Of a DNA stretch of 13,063 nt, positions 1 through 9,200 are shown piece after piece. A program made the position numbers and the translations under genes. The stretch spans positions 1 through 13,063 of the forward strand of contig JBJCIZ010001632.1 of the NCBI GenBank assembly GCA_051294375.1, in the 5' to 3' direction. The notes beneath the pieces are model-generated. The model had not been told where the DNA came from. It was given only the letters and a program-made list of their open reading frames with translations, and made no database searches. This DNA is from Paraspadella gotoi. Taxonomy: Eukaryota; Animalia; Chaetognatha. Position 1 is the first letter of the stretch. Every line of letters starts with the position of its first letter.

Positions 1-66
1 GCTTCACCTCGCCATTCCACGCTTCACCTCGCCATTCCACCCTTCACCTCGCCATTCCACGCTTCA
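1..66. repeat. 20-bp intronic minisatellite GCTTCACCTCGCCATTCCAC, 3.3 copies, truncated by the window edge
   Basis: Copies at 1, 21 and 41 (one mismatch), plus a partial copy at 61. Confidence 0.95.
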
Positions 67-82
67 ACCTCACCCAACTAAC

Positions 83-240
83 CTGTCTATCTATGAGGTC
101 CAGTGAATCGGTGAACGTGAGAAGGTGTGAGACTTTGTGCTGACCTACGACGACTCTGATTGGTCCAGCGGAAGAAACGTCGAGGCAACGGATACGGGAT
201 TCGAACCTGGAACTTCGGTAGACCAGGTCTGCCTCCAGGC
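83..240 (-). CDS. Exon: (G)LEADLVYRSSRFESRIRCLDVSSAGPIRVVVGQHKVSHLLTFTDSLDLIDRQ, WD40-like
   Basis: Acceptor ccacaag|GC, donor CAG|gttagt. 158 nt, open, with a phase-1 start matching the preceding exon. IRCLDVS is a typical WD strand. Confidence 0.8.
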
Positions 241-3200
241 CTTGTGGTATTTGTAAATAAATCAATATGTTAGGTTAAAAGACTGGCCCGACGATATGGC
301 TGCCCGACATTATCGCAAACCGACGAATGACCCATTGCAACAGAGACCCTGCTCGACAATGTCCCTGTTTAACCTTGTCCGTCGATGTTCGACCATGTAC
401 TTGTCCATTATTGTCCTATAAGGTTCCTGCTCGACAATATCCTTTCCCTATCCTTTTTCCTTTCCTTATCCTTTTCCTTATCCTTTCCCGGATTATATAT
501 CCCTGCCCAACTATACCCTATACCCTATACCCTTTACCCATACCCCTGCCCGACCCCAAGTACCCCTCCCGACAAGGTCCCCTGCCCGACTTCTCACCTT
601 CGAAGATGCAGAGTCGGTTATGATCGTCGGGCACAGCGATGATCGGTCGCTTTTCCTTCGAGTTGACCGGAAATCTGACGGCCAATTCCGACCCGATGCC
701 CACGGATTCGCCTGGAAAGAGAAAGAGGAGAAGATAGAAGGATCGAGAGGAAAACCGGTAGAGGGCGAGTCGTCTTTTGTTTTTTTTTTCCTTTCGATCG
801 GAAGGAAATCAAAATAAATAAACGACGAATTGATGGACAAATAACGAAGAAATACCCGAAGAATGGAAAACGGATGACAAACTAATGACTAAAAAACAGC
901 AAAAGACAGAGAGATGACAAATATATGTCAAACAAACAAACAAACATGACAAACATGAAAAACAACTGTCAAAACACCAAAAAAAATGATAAATTAAAAA
1001 CAAAGGGCAAAAAATGACGTGAAAATGAAAATATTGTCAATTTGTGCAACTAGCTAAATTTAAATATGTCCACTATTACAGCATTATGTTTAAAACTAAA
1101 AGAGAGAGGAACAATGAGCAACCTTTGGAGTAATCGTCGAGACTCCAGAGAACGACGGATCCGTCGTAGAAGGCGCTGGGCGACTTCACACGGCCCTCGC
1201 CGTGCCGGAGAAAACGCACGCAGTTGACGCAGGCGGCGTGGCCTGGGGATAGAAAATAAAAGATAAATATCTAAAATGAAATAAATAATCTAATTATTTA
1301 ATCAATATATATATATAGGTTAACAGGTTATCGAAATAGAAACGGCAGATTGAGGCGACAGACAGAATTAGTTTAATAGATAGATCAGTTAATTAGGTTA
1401 AAATAAATAGATAGATAAATAAATACAAAAAATAATAGTGGATGGATAGATAGATAACTAGATAGATAATAAATGATAGATAGATATATAGAGTAGAAAT
1501 CCATTGCAAGAAAGCTAAGCAAAGCTTATGAACTTGAACTTGTTTAGCAAAACAAACTGAAAGACAAACTTTTAAAAAAAATTAATGATATTCCCTTAGA
1601 CTCAAACATAAAAACTGGCTCACATAAAACTGGCTCTGCATTGGTTACTTTGAAGAAGGCGCCCTGACTTGCCGTTGGCGGCGTCCCAGATTGGACGGAG
1701 TAATCGAAAGGCCGGCGCCGAGACGCCGCCATGCTTGTGAGTAGGTTGAAGGCAGAGGATTGGTCGATATTTCGGCGGGCGGTAGAACTCGCTAAGGGGG
1801 GGGGGGTGGCAAGATGGGGAAGTGAGACGATGAGAAGAAGAAATTAGCCTTCGGTTCATGGGGATTGGGGGTAATATACGGTATTTTACTAAACTTATCA
1901 TTTTGTGGCGAATCCTAAATTTACATCCCGTATTTCAAGAGCGCAGATCCTTGCCATGAGGGTTTGGACAGTTAAGTTACTCAATTGTCAAATCAAGAGT
2001 TCTGGGTCAATTCGCTACGCCTTCTCTGCTGCTTAAATTTAAGTTAAAATGCGATTGGGCGCCGCCGCATAACTCGCGTTAACCATAACTGCCTCAATTT
2101 CTTTTGCTTCCACGTTTCCTTTCGTGCACGTTTCCGGTTATTCTCGCTATTGAGGCGACTTACCACACGTGTCTTTCTTTTTTCTCTCTAACCCTCGCTA
2201 ATCTCTCTTTCTCCGAGCCGGTCTATCCACACGGTCCACTTTGCGGCCTAGCTTTTGGCATGACGATCTTCTACAACTATTTTTTTTTCGCTTCGTTATC
2301 TCACGAGGCTGCACACACGTCTATAAGGAGACGCAGTCTCCACTGCGTGGAGTCCATGTTCTTCCAACACAGCACTGTTTTCTTTTATTCCATCTCACCT
2401 TATTAGTTCTTCCCCGCGAGCGCGTCCACAAGGGAAGACCACGTTTTTCCTGCGCGGAGCCATGTTGCTTCCACACCATGTCTTTTTTATGCTCACTTCA
2501 CCTTATTAGTTTCTCCCCGCGAGGCTCGTCCACGAAGGAGAAACCTACGTTCTCGCTGCGTGTAGCCATGTTCTTCCACAGCACTGTTTCTTATATTCCA
2601 TCTCACCCTTATTTAGTTCTGCCGCAGCGAGGGCCGTCCACAAAGGAGACCGCACGTTCTCGCTGTGTGGAGCGCATGTTCTTCCACACCACTGTCTTTC
2701 TTTTATCCACTCACCGCTTATTAGTTCTCCCCGCGAGGCCGGTCCACAAGGGACACGTTCTCGCTGCGTGGAGCCATGTTCTTTCAGCATCACTGGTTCT
2801 TTTATCTACTTCACGGCCTTATTTAGTTATCGCCCGGCGAGGCCCGTTCCACAATGGAGACCAGCGTTCTCCCTGCGTGGAGCCATGTTCTTCCACACCA
2901 ACTGTTCTTTTAATCCACTCACCCTTATTAGTTTCGCGCGCGATAGGGCCAAGTCCACAGAGACCACGTTACTGCGCTGCGTGTGAGGCCATGTTCTTCC
3001 ACAGCCACTGTTCTTTATTCCACTCACCCTTATTAGTTTCACCCTGCGAGGCCGTCCAGCATGTTAAGGAGACGCTACGTTCTCCCTGCGTGGAGCATGT
3101 TCTTCCACACCCACTGTTCTTTTATCCACATCACGCCTTTATTAGTTCTGCCCTCGCGAGGCCGTTACAAAGGAGACCACGTTCTCCTGCGTGGAGCCCC

Positions 3201-6200
3201 GTATGTTTCTTCCACACCACTGTGTCTTTTATCCACTCACCCCTTATTAGTTCTCCGCGCGAGGGCCGTCTCACAAGGAGACCCCACGGGTTCTCCTGCG
3301 TGGAGCCATGTTCTTCCACAGCACTGTTCTTTTATCTCCACTCACCCTTATTAGTTCTGCCCCCGGAGGCCGTCCCACAAGGAGACCACGTTTTCGCTGC
3401 GGCGGTGGAGCATGTTCTTCACACACCACTGTCTTTTATCCACCTCACGCCTTATTAGTTCTCCTTCGCGAGGCCGTTCCACAAGGATGAACCACGTTCT
3501 TCCTGCGTGGAGCCCATGGTTCTTCAGCACCACTGTTCTTTTATCCACCTCACCTTATTAGTTCTCCCGCGAGGGCCGGTCACTAAGGAGACCACGCTTC
3601 TCGCTGCGTGGAGCCATGTTCTTTCACCACCACTGTTTCTTTTAATCCATCACCCTTTTAGTTCTCCGCGCGAGGCCGTCCCCCAAGGAGACCACTTCTC
3701 GTGCTGCGTGGAGCCATGTTCTTCCACACCACTGTTCTTTTTTACCACTCACCCTTATTAGTTCTCTCCGCGGCGAGGCCGTTCCATCAAGGAGACCACG
3801 TTCTGCCTGCGAGGATGCAATGTTCTTTCACCAAGGAGACCACACAGGCGGAAGAAACGAACAAGTAGTCTTTTTTTATTGTAGGACAAATTCTGTGCCC
3901 TGAGATCCCAGATTTCGCCGCCTGGGTTGGACGGAAAAAGAATAGTCAGGTATATGTTTGGGTAAACTAACTTCTGATTTTGTGTTTTTAAAATTACTTT
4001 AGGTTAGTTAATTAAATAATAATAATAATAAACATTTATTACTCCTGGAGCGGCCGAAATGTTCTATCGACCACCCGGCAAAAAATGGATGCGGATAATT
4101 TTACGATATCACATAAAAGGGGAAGCGCCTCTTGAGTGTTTCGTTCTAAAGTGCGGCTCTGAGTAATCGCATTAAATTCGCTTTAGCTTTCAGATCGAAT
4201 AAATTTTGCAAATAACTTTTGATCGGCATAGCCATATGGATTCGATTTTAGTTTGTTTAACACTTGTTAAGCATTTTAATGATTTTTACCTCGGCTTAAG
4301 CTAACATTTTAACTTTCAACTTACTTATTATATTTTAATTTAAAGGTATCCTTATTTCAAATTTAACACTATGTTTGATTTTTTTTTAGAATGTCTTTTT
4401 GTTTTAATGCTAATGAAAGCTTAAATAATTTTTTTAAGGGCTTTAGTCTTTAAGTCAGAAGTTAAAAAGTTAGTAGGCATCCGGAAATATACTTTATATG
4501 ATGATGATATCTACATCCGGGGTGGAATCCTCAAAAAAAGGAAAACCCCTAAAGTTTTGCACCAAAAATAAGTTGAGAGATTTTGATCTGCAGGAACGAA
4601 AATAGATTATCCTGGAAACGAATTCTTTTTAAATGGAAAAGTTGGCGGTTTGTTTTAGCTTTTAGCGAAAAAGGCCTGGGTGAGAGTAAATCTTTTGATT
4701 CATATAAGTTCTCGTCTCTATCTGCTCTCTCTCTCTCTCCCTCTCTCTCTCTTCTCTCTCTCTCTCTTCTCTGCTCTCTCTCTCTGCTCTCTCTCTGCTC
4801 TCTGTCTCTCTCTCTCCCTTGCCGCCCACCTCGAATTATTGTCGGGTTGAGGAAGTGCAAATGGCGCTCCGGTGCAACTCCAACAGATGCTGTTCACGGG
4901 TCTCGTCGTGGAGCGGGAAAGTGAAACAAAGCCTGAAAACGGAAAACCTCTCTAAAATAAAAAAAAAATTCTATAATAAAAAATAAAATACAAAAATTGG
5001 GAAGAAAAAAAATGCAGCTCAGTCTCAAGGACTGTGTACAGTATAACTACGTACAGTATAAGTCGTAGTTCCAAACTCTGTGGCACCTGTATTGGAATTC
5101 TTAATCGTTCGGTTCGTTATTCATTCATTATTCAGTTCATTCATTTCATTCATTTTCATGTCATTCATTCATTCAATTCATTCATTCATTCAATTCATTC
5201 ATATTCATTAATTTCATTCATTCATTGCATGTCATCATTCATGTCATTCAGTATCATTCTTCTTATTAATTCATATCATTAATTTGTTTCAAACTCACAA
5301 TAATCCTTTTCTCTTGTATACTTTTTTATTTTTTGCTTCTTTCAAGATTTCAACGCGATCTCTCTCGCCCCTCCCGCCCCCTTCTCGTCAGACACATCTT
5401 CTGCGTGAAGATCGTAAAGAGGTGTACGCTCCATCGGAGAGTGAGCCGCCAAACTTGGCGAGGCTGGTTGATCAGGGCGAGATGCCCCGCAAGATGAGAT
5501 GCCGTTCGTGTAGAACGCGAAAGGTTCAGCTCACTCTGTACAGAATAAGGACATTATTTTTTGGCCCTTAGATTTAAAATTGCCGGTCGTATTCTTTCTT
5601 GTCTTTTACATTCATGACCTTTGTTATTTCAAAATATTTCACAAATTGAATATGCATAATGGTTAATGCGTCCGGCTGATGGAAATTATTTTTTTTTCGT
5701 GATCATTCAGCATTTAAGTTTTTTTTTTACTTTCACAAGCATTTTACTAGGTTTTCCACACGCGACGAACATTTCTGCACTTTTGCTACATAGTATTCAG
5801 TGCTTTAAGAGTTGATTGTAACCGTTACGGTAGTTGGCAATATCGATTGCAATGGAGTTCCCCTTCACCCTCTCGTCCTCGATGAGAAGAACATTCCGGT
5901 TCGTGTTCCGCGCCGCGCGAGAGAAAGAGAAAGGTTCGATCTTGATGGAGGAGTTTGAGGGAGAAGGAAGAGGAGGAAGGAATGTAGGAGAAGACGTCGG
6001 GAGCTGAGGGAGGGAAAGGAGGAAAGGAGGAAGGGAGTAAAGGAGGATGGGAGGAAAGAAAGGAAGGGAGAGTAAGGGGAAATGAAATAAAGGAAAGGAA
6101 GGACGAGGGAAAGTAAAGAAATTAGGAAGGGAAGAAAGGGAGGAAAGGAGGAAGGGTGAAAAAGGAAGGAAGGGAAGAAAAGAGGAAGGGAGGAAGAGAA

Positions 6201-9200
6201 CGAAGTAGAGGAAAGGAGGTAATGATGAAGGAGGAAAGGAGGAAGGAAGGAAGGGTGAAAATGAGGAAGGGAGGAAAGGTAGAAGTACAAAGGAAGGAAG
6301 AGAGGGAAAGGAGAAGGAGGAAAGGAGGAAAGAGGAAAGGATTGAAGGAGAAAAGGAGGAAAGGAAGGAAGTGAGCAGGGAAGGAAACAGAGAAAGGGAG
6401 GAAGGGAGGAAAGATTTTTATCCAATCTTTTTCGTTTTCTCTCCTTCCTACTTTTATTTTTTTTCTATAGGCCCCTTTTGCCTTTCCTGCTTCCTTTTTT
6501 TCTCGTTCTCTTAACAATCTAAGTCTCCTTTCCTCCATTTCTTTCTCGCCTAATTTCTTTCCTTCCCTTTTCATTCAGGCTATTTCCTATTATTTCTTTC
6601 TCGTTTCCCCTTCATCTCTACTCCTTTTCGTTTCTTCCCCTTCTACTTTCCTCCACTTCTAACTTTTCCCTGCCACTCTTCTTCCTTTCCTTCACATCTC
6701 CTTTCCTCCCTTTCTCTTTCCTCGCATTTCTTCCTTTCCTCCACTTCTCTTTCCTCACTATCCTTTTTCCACATCTTCTTTTCTCGCCTTCTCCTTTTCT
6801 CCACCTCTTTTTCCTCCACCTGCTTCTCTCGCACTCCTCCATTCCTCCATTCTGCCTTTCCTACGTCGTCCTTTCTTCCACGTTCTGCGCTTTCTCCCAC
6901 TTTCTCCTTTTTCCACATCTTTCCTCCACTTCTACTTTCCGCTCCACTTCTCCTTTCCTTCACAATCTTCTTTCCTCCACTAATCCTTTCCTACCCATGC
7001 TTCTTCTCCGCCATAATGCCTTTCCTCCAGCCTCATGCCTTTTCCTCCACCTCTCCTTTCTCCACCTCTCCTTTCCTCCTACTCTCCTTATCCTGCTCCC
7101 ACTTTTCCTTCCCCGCTACCTCGACGACTCGCTCCGATTACGCTCGGGTGCCCGCGGCCCAGCGCAAACGAGTTGCTGGAATCGTTCCTGCGCGTGCGAC
7201 GGCGTGGGGATTCGCGGCGCTCTCGTTTGGACGCGGCTTTGAATTCGGGGCGTGCGACGGCCGGCGGGCCCGAAGACCCGGGCCGTAAGTGGTTTGTGGT
7301 TTTGAACCTGTGGGCATAAAAAGGGGTTGGCTAGTTTTAGCCGGTGGGGAAAGACAGCGTCTGAATGAGTGGTTGTAGCAGAACGCGTCGTGGTTTTGGG
7401 AACTAGACGGCAACCGGACCGGCAAATCCAAACATCCCGAACTTCCCAACTTACCCCGACGCATCTCCCCCTTCAACTCGCCTGCTGCGGGAGCTTTTTC
7501 CCAAATGGTGAGTGTCCCCGTCTCGGCTGGGCGGAGAGGATTTCTTCCCCGCCTTTGATGACAGGCGACGAAGGGTGATCGTCGTGTCCGTGGGCGGGGG
7601 ATGTTTGAGAAGAGGATAATCGCCGAAACGCGTCCGCCCATGATTAGGGAATGCGACCGGCAAGCCTGTCCATAGGGAGAGTTTAGGAATCTTTGTTTTC
7701 TCTGCTCTCTCTCCTCTCTCTCTCTCTTTTCTTCTGTCTTTTTCCTTCTTTTTCTCTCTCTCCCTCTTCTCCCTTTCTCTTCTCACAACAACAACACAAC
7801 AATTAGTACAACAACACGATAACAAAAGAAACAACAACTGAAATAAAATAAAATCCTAAAACAAAAAAAGCGACAACAACAACAAAATGCAACAAGAATA
7901 ACATTAACCACATTACTAATTCATAATAGTAAACATTAACAACTTACAATTATAAATAAAAATAACAGTCAAGCAACAAAAAGAACAGAAACGGCAAGAA
8001 CAAAGAAGAACATCACAACGAAAAGACATCACAACCTCCCCCCCCACCTTATTGATCTCTCCATCCACGTGTCGCCGCGGCCAAGAGTTTTCGCTCCGTC
8101 GCTGGAGAAGTCGACGAATAGGTGACGCGCATTTCCCGGGGAGGCGGAGTTCGATAGGCGGAGGCGGCTCGGGCACTTTCGACTGTTCGTCGCAGTCGAC
8201 AAGAACAGGGGCTGGTTGGGGGGTTGGGTGGAGGCCTGGATGTGGGGGAGGGGGGTGAGAATGAGGGTAAGGTTTAGAGGTGGGGGAGAGGGTTATGTGG
8301 GGATGAAAAAGAGATTAGAGGTGAAAGGAACATAGGAATGAGATTACAAGGAGTTGGCGGCTGGCAAGTAACTGTTAATTTACTTTTATATTCATATATT
8401 TCCTGGTGATTGGGTGATTATGAAAGTATGATATGGTAAGAGGTACTAATACTTATTACTCTAGATTAATCGGTGTCATGTATCATAAATCAAAATGATT
8501 CATGTATCTATAAGTTAGGGGGGTGAGAGCAGAGGCAGACTGAGAAAAATTGAAATATGTCGGCTGTAAATAAATAAACTTAAAAATAAAGAGAAGAAAA
8601 GTTTGAGGAAAAGGAAAGTAAAACGAAAATAGCGGTAAAAACATAATATATGTTTTTTCTGATGAGAACATGACAAAGAACTAATACAAGTACGAACTGA
8701 ATGAGAAAAGAATTCACGAAACGAAAAAGAAAACGAAAAAGAAAAATAACTGAAACAAAACATCAAAACACAAAGCAAGTGAAAGAGTTTTTCTCACTGC
8801 CTTTTCTCTCCTCGACCGTCATCTTTTTTTGTTTCTTCTCTCACGGATATTCCTTCTTTCTTTTCTTTTCTCATTTCCTCTCCAATTTACATCGCTCTTC
8901 TCTCTGCCGCGGAGATTGAGTCTCGTCTCAGAAATGCCACGCCCCGGCGCCACGGATTTGCCACGCCTCTCATCATCAGATGCCACTCGGCTTTGCCACA
9001 CCCCTAAACTGAGGCGGAACTAAGGTAAAGACTAAAGATGTTCTGTAATATAAATAACGTTAGAGCATCCCTGTGGGATGACGAAATTTAAAAAAAAATT
9101 GGAATTTTATGTATTTTAATAGCATTTAATGTTTATATCGTATTACTATAGAATGCATAAAATTTTTTTTTTGAAATTCAGAATTTTTAAAAAGGCCGTT

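Noticed and set aside
194-212. tRNA T-loop/B-box-like GGTTCGAATCCC on the minus strand
   Set aside because: There is no cloverleaf or A-box at the right spacing. It sits inside a coding exon (RFESR).
1152-1167. Perfect 16-bp palindrome ACGACGGATCCGTCGT
   Set aside because: It encodes the conserved (Y)DGSVV of a WD repeat and occurs only once, so it is most likely coincidence.
1606-1636. Direct repeat ACATAAAA(A)CTGGCTC x2
   Set aside because: A simple two-copy intronic duplication with no evidence of function.
2241-3458. 405-aa plus-strand ORF
   Set aside because: It lies wholly in the tandem array, drifts between frames of the unit from copy to copy, and is antisense to the WD40 gene.
2325-3832. 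CRISPR array or ribozyme-bearing satellite
   Set aside because: The whole unit is repeated with no unique spacers, no cas genes are present, and no hammerhead core (CTGANGA...GAAA) is visible on either strand of the consensus.
5865-6963. Several ORFs rich in P/F/S/L or E/K/R/G
   Set aside because: They are translations of polypurine and polypyrimidine tracts that lack stops by composition.
5941-7119. Missed-adapter inverted read chimera or MITE at the purine/pyrimidine switch
   Set aside because: The arms differ in length and do not align base for base, the flanking exons are not mirrored, and no terminal inverted repeats or target-site duplication are seen.
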